Positions 29,534-39,525 of a DNA stretch of 64,000 nucleotides are shown here, piece after piece. The notes beneath the pieces are model-generated. The model did not search any database and was not told the DNA's origin. It saw nothing but the letters and a program-made list of their open reading frames with translations. The position numbers were made by a program, and so were the translations under genes. The DNA comes from a virus, in UHGV virus genome UHGV-1362809; one strand, written 5' to 3'. How positions within the stretch are numbered: position 1 is the first letter of the stretch; every line of letters begins with the position of its first letter.

Positions 29534-31444
29534 CTAAATAGCGAATCCACCATTCATTCCAATTACTGCATCTACCTTAGGATTATAACCTATTCTAACC
29601 TTTTGGTCTACACTTGATCTGGCAGGTATAGTCAACTGCTGAACTTCTATTGCCTCTTTCATACCTTGGTTTTTAAGCTGTTGTTCACGAACATCGGCAA
29701 GAACTGAAGTGACAAAAGTTTTCATTTTGTCTATACAACTATTCATCAATTCTTCATTAGCCTGTTGTGGCTCTTTAACTTGATAACCCTCGTCGAGTAG
29801 AGTTTCACCTTTGTCGAGAGCATCCTGCAGGGCATTTATTTCTTCAGCAGTACCAAGGAGTTTTTTGGTAGCATAACGTGCAGTTTCGTTAGCAAGTACA
29901 CCAGCAACACCTGAAGCTACCGCACCAACACCAGTCATAGCAGTTACAGCATTTGCAGATATTTCGGCAGCTACTGCTGCACCAGAGGACATATACAACA
30001 TCTCAACGTATTTTTTAAACTCTGGCTGACCGATTTGATTATTTTCCTTAGCAGCTTGTAGCTGATTAAGCCAATTATCTAAGTCCTGTTTTTCAAAGTA
30101 TGCAGTAAGCATTACCCCTGCGCCTGGAAGTAATTTTACACCTTTACGCAATAGGCGCATTGAACCTCTACCTAACTTTACCATACCTTTACCAAACTTT
30201 ACTCCACCTTTTACCATTCCTTTAGCTAAATTATACCCCTTTGTACCCCATTTCTTGCCAAAGGCATAAGTTTTGGCAATAGGAGTACCGATGTATTTAC
30301 TGGCAACTGATTTAGCAGTACTATAACCGCTTTTTACTTTACCCCAACCCTTTTTAAGAGTATTAAATGCTGAGGAACCAGTATCTTTTACGTCTTTACC
30401 AAATGAAAAAAGTGAGTCTTTCCATTGTCCAACTTTGGCACCAACACTTTTGGCAATACCTTTTGCTGTAGATTTTATACCCAACGCAAAATCTTTTACC
30501 CTGTCAACACCTTTACCGATTACATCAGTAATCGGTTTTAACACCGTTTTTACAGAAGTAACCTTAGCTGAAGCCCAGTCTTTTAACTTTGTATACTTAC
30601 CTTTAAGATAGTTAGCCGCTTTAAGAGCCTTCGTTTTTACCCAATTTTTAGCAGTACTAAAAGACTTTTTAACAAAATCCCAACCTTTTTTGGCAACACC
30701 AAACACAAAGTCCTTAATTTTTTTGTAGCCTGCTCTAATAAGAGCAACTCCCTTTTTAAAGGGGGTCATAAAAAACTTTTCAAACTTACCCTTTAAAAAA
30801 GTTGACACCTTGCCAAAGGCACTATGTATGTTTTTTCCAACATTAAAGATTTTATTTATTCGACCAAAACATTTCTTAACAAAGGAATACGTTTTGGAGA
30901 AGAAAGCCTTAATACCTTTGAATGTGATCTTGCCAAGCCACTTAAACAGTTGCCATACTTTACGACCAATCCATCCTATAGCCCTTTTAACAAAACCCCA
31001 TATTCCTTTTAGTACCCCCTTTACAAACTTAGCCAAAAACGATAAAGCTCGTTTAGTCAAACCCATAAAAGGAGATAGAGCAAACTTAACTAAAGACCCT
31101 TTTCTTCTGTAATTGTGGACCAACCAAGTATAGACAAACAAACGTCTGTAGTATAACACCTGTACAGGGAGCTTACCAATTAAACGTAGGTTATCTGGTA
31201 TAACTGCATTTTTCTTTATGTACCGAGAGCGTTCTTTATACACGTCTTTGATTATACGATGATAATCCTTAGACATACGTTCCCGTTTATCCGGTACAGG
31301 TGTTTTAGGAAACATTTTACCAAGAGATACTAATATACCTGCAGCTAGCTTTTTGATATGGCGACCATAAATTTGCCTAAATCCACCATCATCGTTGCCA
31401 TGTTGTTTTGCTGGCTGACTATCTGGTTCCTTATGTGTATCCAT
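29534..31444 (-). CDS. Tape measure protein candidate (636 aa) with 11-residue Lys/Gly/aromatic periodicity
   Basis: Long basic repeat region (FVKGVLKGIWGFVKRAIGWIGRKVWQLFKWLGKITFKGIKAFF...), typical of TMP W/F 11-mers. A C-terminal Ala/Gly-rich hydrophobic stretch. Position upstream of the baseplate genes. Confidence 0.45.
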   Translation of the reverse strand: MDTHKEPDSQPAKQHGNDDGGFRQIYGRHIKKLAAGILVSLGKMFPKTPVPDKRERMSKDYHRIIKDVYKERSRYIKKNAVIPDNLRLIGKLPVQVLYYRRLFVYTWLVHNYRRKGSLVKFALSPFMGLTKRALSFLAKFVKGVLKGIWGFVKRAIGWIGRKVWQLFKWLGKITFKGIKAFFSKTYSFVKKCFGRINKIFNVGKNIHSAFGKVSTFLKGKFEKFFMTPFKKGVALIRAGYKKIKDFVFGVAKKGWDFVKKSFSTAKNWVKTKALKAANYLKGKYTKLKDWASAKVTSVKTVLKPITDVIGKGVDRVKDFALGIKSTAKGIAKSVGAKVGQWKDSLFSFGKDVKDTGSSAFNTLKKGWGKVKSGYSTAKSVASKYIGTPIAKTYAFGKKWGTKGYNLAKGMVKGGVKFGKGMVKLGRGSMRLLRKGVKLLPGAGVMLTAYFEKQDLDNWLNQLQAAKENNQIGQPEFKKYVEMLYMSSGAAVAAEISANAVTAMTGVGAVASGVAGVLANETARYATKKLLGTAEEINALQDALDKGETLLDEGYQVKEPQQANEELMNSCIDKMKTFVTSVLADVREQQLKNQGMKEAIEVQQLTIPARSSVDQKVRIGYNPKVDAVIGMNGGFAI

Positions 31445-31561
31445 GGTATATCACCCTCTTTGAGTTTATCTGAAATACGTTGTGATAAGTCTAAAAAGTG
31501 CAAACTATCACAGTCTAAATCAGTATAAGCCCCGTTAGCATGTAATGCTAAAAGTTCAAGT

Positions 31562-32728
31562 CTATTCTGAATCTGCTGTAAGCTGCACGTCGGGAAGAAG
31601 GTTGACCATACGAAAGGGTATTTCGATTTTTTCTTCCTCCGCCTGTTGTAGCAGTTGAGCTTCCATTAATTGATTTTCGAGAGTGCCAATAGCCTCGTAG
31701 GTAGCTTCAATTTCGATTTGATATTTTTCACCAATTTTATCAGCATATTTAATTTCCAAATCAGCAACTCTATCTCTTAGGTAATTGATACGCTGATTTA
31801 ACAGCTCAATATATTTGGCTTTATCAAAATGAATGTCACGGGCATAAACTACTTCATCTATGCCATGTTCAAATACTTTGGTAAATTCAGTAATATCGGA
31901 CTTAAAGTTGGAAGAATTATTATCTAATCTTTCTACTTTTTCGTCAACACTATTTCCTATATAATACTGGGCGTAGTTAAATAACCATGCATCTTCAGTA
32001 TTAAGTTTGTTCAAAATAGAGTATTCTAATTCTCTAACTGTAGGATAGGTAATACCCTTTTCTCTAAACTGTTGTACTCTTTCACGAGTTTCTGTAGTAA
32101 CAGCAACGGATAAGTTTGTTTCAACTATTGTAGAGATATTTTCATTACCATATTTGGAAACCCACCTTAATTGTAGAGGGGTTTTTGGAAATGAATGTAA
32201 ACGCCACCAGTACATTAAAAATCTAAAATCTGGTTGTGTTAAGTCTCTAATATCCATATCAATACAGGAATCTAAAGTATTAAGAATACCTGAAATGGCT
32301 TGAGATTCTACCGCACCCTGTATTTTGCACAAATGACGAGTCTTTAATGGTCTAACCATAACTTCGTCTTTGTCGTAAAAAATACCACGAGAGGGCAGAG
32401 AAACATGCTGCCAACTGTCGTCTATGCGAGGTGTTAAGCTGTGGGAAGCTCTAAATTGAGGAGAATAGTTATCTGCTAAGTACTTTTTACTAAACAGTTC
32501 TTCTTCCTCATTAAAAAATGTATCTTCTTGTTCTTCTTTTACTGGTTGCGTAGGATACGGGGTAGTAGGTGTTTCTATATTTTGCAAAGAAATATTCGTG
32601 TTTTCCTTTGTAGACAAACTTTCTAATACCTTTTGCATATCCGATTTTTCAGGTTGGGTATTACTACCCTGTTTTGATTCTTCAGATTCTTCAAAATTAA
32701 GATTCTGTATTTGAGCGTTTATTGCCAT
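31562..32728 (-). CDS. Hypothetical protein (388 aa)
   Basis: ORF only. Confidence 0.4.
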   Translation of the reverse strand: MAINAQIQNLNFEESEESKQGSNTQPEKSDMQKVLESLSTKENTNISLQNIETPTTPYPTQPVKEEQEDTFFNEEEELFSKKYLADNYSPQFRASHSLTPRIDDSWQHVSLPSRGIFYDKDEVMVRPLKTRHLCKIQGAVESQAISGILNTLDSCIDMDIRDLTQPDFRFLMYWWRLHSFPKTPLQLRWVSKYGNENISTIVETNLSVAVTTETRERVQQFREKGITYPTVRELEYSILNKLNTEDAWLFNYAQYYIGNSVDEKVERLDNNSSNFKSDITEFTKVFEHGIDEVVYARDIHFDKAKYIELLNQRINYLRDRVADLEIKYADKIGEKYQIEIEATYEAIGTLENQLMEAQLLQQAEEEKIEIPFRMVNLLPDVQLTADSE

Positions 32729-32779
32729 TTTAACTCTCCATACTTTGTTTAGAGGTGGAGTATAAACTCCACCTCTTAT

Positions 32780-35533
32780 TTAATCTATATCATCGACAAT
32801 TTTGGAAGTACGTCTAAATTTAACGTCCTTACCAGTTCTGTCACTATATTCGTCCTCGTACTTCGTAATGTTATCGGAAATACGTTGACGTTCCTTAGCC
32901 TTATCAATCGACTCTTTTAAACGTTTGATAATATCAGGATTTGATTTACGCCTGTTCAAACCAGATTGTTTTTTACTAAGCTGTTGTTTACGTTTTGTCA
33001 GTCGGTCGTCGAAGTCCTTCTTCTTTTCTTCCGTTACACGGTTGAATTTAGAAGGTTTTCCTTCCTTATTTTTGTACTTGTTTTCAAAGGTTTGGATTTG
33101 TTTTATAAGGTTACCCTTATCCTTTGTCATCTTTTTCTGTACTTTGTTGTCAACATCATCTTCCTCATCTTCTTCAACGTCAAGGTCATAGTCTGGCTCT
33201 TTTTTAAATTCTTTTTGTTGACGTTTTTTACCAGCCTCTTTTATATTTTTTGGCAACTTTTCAAGCTTAGATTCCTTATCTTCTTGCTCTTGCACCCATT
33301 CATTTTCAGGAACATTACCTTTAAGAAACTTTTTCAGATTAAAAGCCCGTTCGTAATCGTCACCAGATTCCATAACAGGTTTGAACTTCTCCATTATGTC
33401 AGTGATTTCCTCAGGAACTTCAATACCCCGTTTATCAAGATTCTTTTTTACGTCAGACATTTTTTCAACAGCGTCCTTTAAAGTATCTAAATCATCAGGG
33501 TCTATCTCATTAAGAGCGTCTTTAATTGGTTGTATGTAGGCGTCCTTCAATTCGTCATCAAGTTTCTTTAATTCCTTTTTAGTTTCTTCCTTAGGCTTTT
33601 CTTCCTTAACAGGTTTTTCTTCTTCATAAGGGTCTTTACCTTCGGAAATAAGTTTTCTTGATTCCTCTATCTTTTTAGGGTCTCCCTTATAGGGCTGTAC
33701 CCCTAATTTGTTACGGGCGTTTTGTTCCTTTGTAACACGTCTAATTTCATCATTATTTACCATTAGCCCCTGCAAGTGGGTTTCACCCTCAGGAGTACGA
33801 AGTATTAAATCTCCTCTACCTTTTAACTGACGAGCAGACTGCATATCTGCGGCACCTGCCGCGTTTTTAGTCAATCTACCTGCTAAAACGTGGCTGGCAT
33901 TATCCCACAGTTTTGTATCTTTCAAGTCCTGACCCTGTGGGTTTTGAGTCATTGTTATTGTATGAACGCCAGAGGATCTTGATTCCTGACCAAGAGTAGC
34001 ATAAAGACTTGCTATTTTATCGTAAAAGTCTGTTTTATTTTCCTTGTCATATCGCTTTATCTCGGTCAACATACCGCCTAATTCATCGGTAACAATAGCC
34101 ATTTGAGGTAATTTTTTATCAGGGTGTTTTTTATTCCACGTCTGTACGTCTTCTATTCCCTCTTTTTCAAACAGCGCGTTTCTATCACGCATTTCTTTAA
34201 CAATTTGTTTAAGGGTTTTGTACAAAGCTTCTGGGTCTTGACCACCTCTGATAGGAGGAGTACGAAGAGAAGGACTATCTGAAAATGATTTAAACGACAA
34301 TCCTTTGTTGTCAATAACAATCATTTGAAATTCGTCAGGTTTATAACGAGAAGAAGCATTAAGTAAGGCTGCTTTTATTGCCTGTGTTTTACCGGAACCC
34401 GACGATCCAAGTACTACCATGTGGGAAAACGAAGGGTCGTTTAGATTTAAAGCCTCCACACCATCATCACCCATACCCAACAATAACTGCACGGAATCAG
34501 GGTTTTTCTCTTGTACTTTATCTAACTTATCACTCAAAGTATTATAAGATAAGGATACGTCTTTATTCGGAAAAATAATTTCGTACTCGTTTTTTGACCC
34601 CAATTTTTTACGAATTGTTGGGGTGGGGTATATTTCTACCTGTTCTCTTTTTCCATCTGAATGTACAATTTCCGTTGTATATGATAAGGTATTAGACAAA
34701 TCGTCAGCCAACTTTTTTAAGGATCTTAAATCAGAGGGAGTACCTTTATAGTCATAAACAGTGGAGAAACCATTATTATTACCTGCTTTAAAATCTCCTG
34801 TCAATCCATTTTTAGATAATATGTCACCTATTTCCTGTTCATAGTCGGAAATCTGTTCCTTTTGTTTATCAGATACATCCTTAACTTTTTCCTCAACGTG
34901 CAAAGGCTTAGCCAATGTATCTTTATTAAAGGACTTATATTCTTTTTCACCTAAGTCTGTCGGTTTTAAAGGAGGTAAGGATTCAGAAAAGTCCTCTTCC
35001 TCCGTGTCATCTACCACAGAGTCACCTTTAACGTTTTTACCTTTGGCATCAGCAGGAGTAAACTTACCACTATCGTAATCATTAACAAGAACATTTATCT
35101 TGGAGTCAGAAAATTTACGCACACGAGCCAGTTTATTTAATTCCGGGTCGTCTATGTCACTCATAGCCTTAGTTAAAGCTGCACGATAACGAGTTTGTGC
35201 GTCTCCTTCCGATTTAGGAATGGAGTTAAATATTCTATCAGCCTCTGTCAACATATCTTTAATTTTAGGATTGTTTTCAAAGTACTTGGCTAGATTTTCT
35301 CTGGTATTCTGTTCGTCATTACCAAACATTACGGCTTTTCTGAACTTAGCATAATCAGCTGGAGTCATACCCATTGTATTTTCAGCAGGCTTTTGGTACT
35401 TGTAGTCAGAATCAACTATAGAACCATTCTTAAGCACTTTTTTCTTAGACTTTTTTGGATTACGACCCATTATACTTTTGAGAATATCAAAAAATCCTGA
35501 CTCCTCGCTATAGGTACGATTATTATCTGACAT
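32780..35533 (-). CDS. FtsK/SpoIIIE-family P-loop ATPase-domain protein with a ~300-aa K/E/D-rich C-terminal tail
   Basis: HMVVLGSSGSGKTQ (Walker A) ... MIVIDNKG ... LPQMAIVTDELGGML (Walker B) ... SGVHTITMTQNP...RGDLIL match the FtsK core order. The start is revised to the ATG at 35533 (MSDNN, GGAG 7 nt upstream); the listed 35545 is TTG. Confidence 0.6.
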   Translation of the reverse strand: MSDNNRTYSEESGFFDILKSIMGRNPKKSKKKVLKNGSIVDSDYKYQKPAENTMGMTPADYAKFRKAVMFGNDEQNTRENLAKYFENNPKIKDMLTEADRIFNSIPKSEGDAQTRYRAALTKAMSDIDDPELNKLARVRKFSDSKINVLVNDYDSGKFTPADAKGKNVKGDSVVDDTEEEDFSESLPPLKPTDLGEKEYKSFNKDTLAKPLHVEEKVKDVSDKQKEQISDYEQEIGDILSKNGLTGDFKAGNNNGFSTVYDYKGTPSDLRSLKKLADDLSNTLSYTTEIVHSDGKREQVEIYPTPTIRKKLGSKNEYEIIFPNKDVSLSYNTLSDKLDKVQEKNPDSVQLLLGMGDDGVEALNLNDPSFSHMVVLGSSGSGKTQAIKAALLNASSRYKPDEFQMIVIDNKGLSFKSFSDSPSLRTPPIRGGQDPEALYKTLKQIVKEMRDRNALFEKEGIEDVQTWNKKHPDKKLPQMAIVTDELGGMLTEIKRYDKENKTDFYDKIASLYATLGQESRSSGVHTITMTQNPQGQDLKDTKLWDNASHVLAGRLTKNAAGAADMQSARQLKGRGDLILRTPEGETHLQGLMVNNDEIRRVTKEQNARNKLGVQPYKGDPKKIEESRKLISEGKDPYEEEKPVKEEKPKEETKKELKKLDDELKDAYIQPIKDALNEIDPDDLDTLKDAVEKMSDVKKNLDKRGIEVPEEITDIMEKFKPVMESGDDYERAFNLKKFLKGNVPENEWVQEQEDKESKLEKLPKNIKEAGKKRQQKEFKKEPDYDLDVEEDEEDDVDNKVQKKMTKDKGNLIKQIQTFENKYKNKEGKPSKFNRVTEEKKKDFDDRLTKRKQQLSKKQSGLNRRKSNPDIIKRLKESIDKAKERQRISDNITKYEDEYSDRTGKDVKFRRTSKIVDDID

Positions 35534-35584
35534 TGTATACTCCAATATATAAAGTAATACTGTTATTATTATAAAATTATTTTA

Positions 35585-35614
35585 GGGGTGACAGTGCGTA
35601 AACACCGTCACCCC
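35585..35614 (-). terminator. GC-rich stem-loop, a probable intrinsic terminator or attenuator between the 159-aa gene and the FtsK-like gene
   Basis: ggggtgacagtg-CGTAAA-caccgtcacccc (12-bp stem with one mismatch), followed on the minus strand by an A/T-rich run. Confidence 0.45.
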
Positions 35615-35621
35615 CATCAGC

Positions 35622-36101
35622 TTAAACCTTTTTTGTCTTGTACTTAGGCAATAAAGAAATCCAAAAGTCGTAGTCCTCTAACTTTTTAGATGCCTTAAAT
35701 ACATCCTTCATAAGATTACGAGTTTTTTCCGTTGGATACCACATTACCTCGTCGGAGTCGTCGTTATAAAATATCGGTTCAAAGTATTGCAGTATTTCCC
35801 TACCATTAGTCACTTTACTAAGAGGTAGAAAAGCTACTAATTTTTTAGTATCTATCATTAAAGGCTTTTTACCTTTAAGCATAAACCCTAACTCTGTCAA
35901 ATACACGTTATACCCTAAACTTACTCCATTATTGTTCCAATACAAAATGGATGACTGATTTATAGTGCGAGGAAGCTGCACTCCTAAACATAGAGTATTT
36001 AGTCTATTGTTATAAAACCAAAAACAAAATGGAATAGATGATATGTCTGTATTGAATTGGGTAGGTATGTTAGACTTTATATACTCAAACACTCGATTCA
36101 T
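35622..36101 (-). CDS. Hypothetical protein (159 aa)
   Basis: ORF only. Confidence 0.4.
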   Translation of the reverse strand: MNRVFEYIKSNIPTQFNTDISSIPFCFWFYNNRLNTLCLGVQLPRTINQSSILYWNNNGVSLGYNVYLTELGFMLKGKKPLMIDTKKLVAFLPLSKVTNGREILQYFEPIFYNDDSDEVMWYPTEKTRNLMKDVFKASKKLEDYDFWISLLPKYKTKKV

Positions 36102-36632
36102 TTATTTTACCTTTTCAAAGGAAATAAGATTTTCTAATCTAAAAGACCTAAATGCAGGAGGATCTAATTTAGTATCTACAACTTTGACTACATTAGGGTT
36201 GGACTTAATTGGTTTGCCCGATTTAGAACCTTTAAACATATAGTCAGCTACATATTCAGGAGATAAAGAACCGTACATGATACGAGTTTTACCATCCAAT
36301 TTCTTGAATTTTATTTTATAGGTTCCTTTTTTAAAGGCTTCCGTTATTTTGCGTTTGGTCAAAGCCTGCTTACGAATGTTGGAAAATACCTTTTTGGCTC
36401 TGTCGGCACCACTAAGGGGCTTAGACTTAACCTTAGCATTTTTAACATTTTTAGCATTTAAAGCCCTTGTTTTCAACATCTTAGCACGTTTCAACCATTT
36501 AGCATCTTTACCATACTTAGAGTGAGGATGCTCTTTAATATATTTAATTTGTTGCGTAGGGGTTAAAGCTTTAAAAGATTCTTCACTTAAACCTCTTGAT
36601 GCTATACACATCAATCTGTCTAATAGTTTCAT
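36102..36632 (-). CDS. Paralog family B member (conserved N-terminal ~55-aa module, basic C-terminus)
   Basis: N-terminus LDRLMCIASRGLSEESFKALTPTQQIKYIKEHPHSKYGKDAKWLKRAKMLKTR. Nucleotides 36481-36550 are ~90% identical to 40811-40880. Confidence 0.5.
   Translation of the reverse strand: MKLLDRLMCIASRGLSEESFKALTPTQQIKYIKEHPHSKYGKDAKWLKRAKMLKTRALNAKNVKNAKVKSKPLSGADRAKKVFSNIRKQALTKRKITEAFKKGTYKIKFKKLDGKTRIMYGSLSPEYVADYMFKGSKSGKPIKSNPNVVKVVDTKLDPPAFRSFRLENLISFEKVK
36468..36632. repeat. Dispersed direct repeat (5' module of a family B gene)
   Basis: Nucleotide-level similarity to 40757..40996. Confidence 0.6.
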
Positions 36633-36645
36633 TCCCGCACCTATA

Positions 36646-37071
36646 TTAAACTAAATCTTTGTACTTTTTATTTATAAAAGATATAACGTCCTTTACATCT
36701 TTATCATACATCGCAGTATATACTAAATGATCCATATAGTACTTACTTCTGGAGTCGCTAAGTTTGTCAGCTAATTTCCAGTCTTCATTGTCAATAGCCT
36801 GTTTCTCAGCTTCCAACTTTTTGATATAAATTTTTATTTCACGTTTGGTGTCGTCAGCTAGCTTATTAAGGGCTTTTGAAAACCCATCAACTGGTTTAAC
36901 CTTGAGCGCATACTTAGGGTCTTTTGCAAAACGAGAATGAGGACGGTCTTTAATATATTTTTTACGCTGAGATTCTTTCATACCGCCCCAAGTACCGTCA
37001 GAAATACCACGAGATTCCTCTACTTCGGGTTTTATACCAGCAACAGTTTCTAATCTATCTAAAGCTTTCAT
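36646..37071 (-). CDS. Paralog family B member
   Basis: N-terminus MKALDRLETVAGIKPEVEESRGISDGTWGGM...KYIKDRPHSRFAKD. Nucleotides 36901-37071 are ~85% identical to 44941-45113. Confidence 0.5.
   Translation of the reverse strand: MKALDRLETVAGIKPEVEESRGISDGTWGGMKESQRKKYIKDRPHSRFAKDPKYALKVKPVDGFSKALNKLADDTKREIKIYIKKLEAEKQAIDNEDWKLADKLSDSRSKYYMDHLVYTAMYDKDVKDVISFINKKYKDLV
36907..37071. repeat. Dispersed direct repeat (5' module of a family B gene)
   Basis: Near-identical blocks with 44949..45113, including ccaagtaccgtcagaaataccacgagattc and ttctaatctatctaaagctttcat. Confidence 0.7.
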
Positions 37072-37082
37072 TGTATTTTACC

Positions 37083-38210
37083 TTATACTAAAAATTGTGT
37101 TCTAAACAGGCGAGTCAACATCCAGGAACTTGTAAGTCTTACAGAGCTATTAGTGGAGGGCGTAATAGCAACACTAAGAACACCAGCACTACTTGTTCTA
37201 ACTAAGTTATCTTTAATTTTTGACAGGTTTTCATCAATATATTTACCTGCTTCATTCATTTTTTCTCTGATATGTCCAGTACGGTCAACTTCTAAGCTCG
37301 TTGACGCTCCCGTAAAGTTGAAGGCACTCATACCCTCAGCTAATGCCCAAGCAGAAAGGGCTTCGTACTCTGCACATTTCAAAAGCATATATTCCAAATA
37401 CTTAGGAAGTTGTTGCAATGACCAACCAGTCAAAATAGGAGGAGCGGAATTAATACGAGCTAACCCCAACAGTAAGAAGCAGCACAGTTCTTGGTCAGTA
37501 AATCTCAGGTTTGGATTGATGTCATAATTGCGAGCCTTATCCATAACACGCTTTAATGCTGCTACATACATAACCGTCTTTGTAGTGCATACATAAACCA
37601 TGTGGAATTCTGTATTTATAGGATTTGTAGGAGATGAGTATTTCCAAGTAACAACAAATGGGTAAGACCCTATATTTACAACCTGTTTTTGAATTTTAGG
37701 AATAACCACACCAGCATTGTAATCTACAATGGTACTGTTATTTAATTTACGAGTAGTAAAGTGCGCTGGGTCTGAGTCGGAGTGCAACAGCGTTCCATTT
37801 TCGTCTGTCAATGTGATTGAAAAGTTTGAACACCCGTCAGGAAGTATAATCATATCTGAAAATAAATCAGACGACATCATTATACTGGAGGAATCAAATA
37901 TAGGAGCTTCACCGTCTAATAATACTGTAAAAGTATCCGTATTTTGATATTGTTTACCATTTACCGTAGCTCTCCAAATTAAAGAGTACTTGGAGTCAGG
38001 TTGCACTGGACAATCTTCTGGTAAAGTAAAAGTAGCGATCCACTGCTCAGGGTGGTCTATATTTTGAAATGCTATACCATTTATAACTTGGTTGTTTTCA
38101 TAGTCTAGGACAGTCCAAGTCGGTGAATCCTTGAATACTAAAACATCTTGGTCAATAAAAACAGTAGTAGCTGTAGTGGGTTGACCCCTTACAACATTGT
38201 TCAGCTGCAT
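37083..38210 (-). CDS. Hypothetical virion-module protein (375 aa)
   Basis: GGAG SD. Preceded by two stem-loops. No motif recognised. Confidence 0.45.
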   Translation of the reverse strand: MQLNNVVRGQPTTATTVFIDQDVLVFKDSPTWTVLDYENNQVINGIAFQNIDHPEQWIATFTLPEDCPVQPDSKYSLIWRATVNGKQYQNTDTFTVLLDGEAPIFDSSSIMMSSDLFSDMIILPDGCSNFSITLTDENGTLLHSDSDPAHFTTRKLNNSTIVDYNAGVVIPKIQKQVVNIGSYPFVVTWKYSSPTNPINTEFHMVYVCTTKTVMYVAALKRVMDKARNYDINPNLRFTDQELCCFLLLGLARINSAPPILTGWSLQQLPKYLEYMLLKCAEYEALSAWALAEGMSAFNFTGASTSLEVDRTGHIREKMNEAGKYIDENLSKIKDNLVRTSSAGVLSVAITPSTNSSVRLTSSWMLTRLFRTQFLV

Positions 38211-38302
38211 ATTATATTCTCCTACATTTTACTGCATATATACTACACCAGTGGGGAGGATATTTCACCTCCCCACTTACCGCCCTAATAAAATGGCTAA
38301 AC

Positions 38303-38878
38303 TTAGGGCGATATTCTGTTTTTAACTAAAGTTTCCAACCTACTCATACAATTAAACAAACGTCCCACTTTGCCGACAAAAGTTTTTCTCCCTTTTTCAT
38401 TTCTGTCGCTAACTACTCCATCACGGGAGCTTAATCTTTGAATTGAACAATCTGGTTTTCCCCTATTGTGTATCAGATGAACGTTATCAACTGTATCCTT
38501 TATAAGATTAACAAAATTAGAATAAGGCTCACGTCTTGGGCGTTTATTTTTTACGGGACCCCTCCTACCAGACTTCTTACTTTTGATGTGCTTAAAACTT
38601 TTTTTGCACTTATCTCCTCCGCCTTTACCTAGATAACCAAGCATAGGCTTTTTATCTATATCCAACACTACACACCAATCAGGATGTCTTTTTCTAAATT
38701 TAACACATTCTTCAAACTTAGAGGAGGGATGCTTTTTTAAGTATTCTATTAAGTAATGAGGATTCTCTCTACATTTCTTAGTAAATATTTCTTGTGTAAT
38801 AAAAGATATACACTTTATATCATAGCTATAGGATACTTCTAAGTACATAGGATTTTCTCCCGTTAAGGTTGTAGTCAA
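38303..38878 (-). CDS. Hypothetical basic protein (191 aa), possibly a distant family B relative
   Basis: YLKKHPSSKFEECVKFRKRHPDW resembles the K(E/D)HP(H/S)SK(F/Y) core of family B. Confidence 0.35.
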   Translation of the reverse strand: MTTTLTGENPMYLEVSYSYDIKCISFITQEIFTKKCRENPHYLIEYLKKHPSSKFEECVKFRKRHPDWCVVLDIDKKPMLGYLGKGGGDKCKKSFKHIKSKKSGRRGPVKNKRPRREPYSNFVNLIKDTVDNVHLIHNRGKPDCSIQRLSSRDGVVSDRNEKGRKTFVGKVGRLFNCMSRLETLVKNRISP

Positions 38879-39525
38879 CCAACAGCTACGGGATTACCAG
38901 TAGGATTTGGATTAAAAATTGCGTTAGTTTCCCCTGTAAAAGGAGTACAACGCTTTTTGAAAAGATTTACATCTTTACTTTTAAGTTGAATAGCCTTATC
39001 TCTGCCGTCATTAACAATGCAACACAGATGTTTTCCCTGTAAATCTGGTGTTTTACTAATACCTACTAAACTTCCAGGAGAAACAATGTATTCTGCATTG
39101 GCGTATTTAAACTTCTTTTTACGACAGCCACTAAACGTAAACCAATCATAATCATCCTGCTTAACCGAGGCAGTTTCAACTTCCTGCACGTCAGACGCCA
39201 TAATACGAACAGGGGTTAATGGGGCTTCCATTTGAGCGACTCTGATTGCTAAATCTTCGTCACTAATAGCAGACATTCCTTCACCAAACTTTTGTTTTAA
39301 CAACTCGTCATTTTTAATTGACTGCTGTAGTTGCTGACACCAATTATGAAAATTATTAATTCCAAAACCAACGTCTATCCCCGAATATATATTCTGAACA
39401 AGTTGAATGCCCAGCGGGTTCGTAAGAAGATAATGTTTAATAGCCTCTACAACACCATTGGTTTTTTCCTCAGGTGTAATTAGCTGTGCGTCTAAGCACG
39501 CATATACTTTTTCTAATTCTTTCAT
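38875..39525 (-). CDS. Hypothetical protein (216 aa)
   Basis: ORF with a 4-nt overlap. Confidence 0.4.
   Translation of the reverse strand: MKELEKVYACLDAQLITPEEKTNGVVEAIKHYLLTNPLGIQLVQNIYSGIDVGFGINNFHNWCQQLQQSIKNDELLKQKFGEGMSAISDEDLAIRVAQMEAPLTPVRIMASDVQEVETASVKQDDYDWFTFSGCRKKKFKYANAEYIVSPGSLVGISKTPDLQGKHLCCIVNDGRDKAIQLKSKDVNLFKKRCTPFTGETNAIFNPNPTGNPVAVG

Noticed and set aside
32966-33481. 171-aa and 88-aa plus-strand ORFs
   Set aside because: They lie antisense to the K/E-rich tail of the FtsK-like gene. The Phe/Leu-rich translation is an artefact of the complementary AAR/GAR codons.
35534-35545. Listed start of the FtsK-like gene (MEYTMSD)
   Set aside because: Codon 1 is TTG without an RBS. 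The in-frame ATG 12 nt downstream has GGAG at -7, so the start was revised to 35533.
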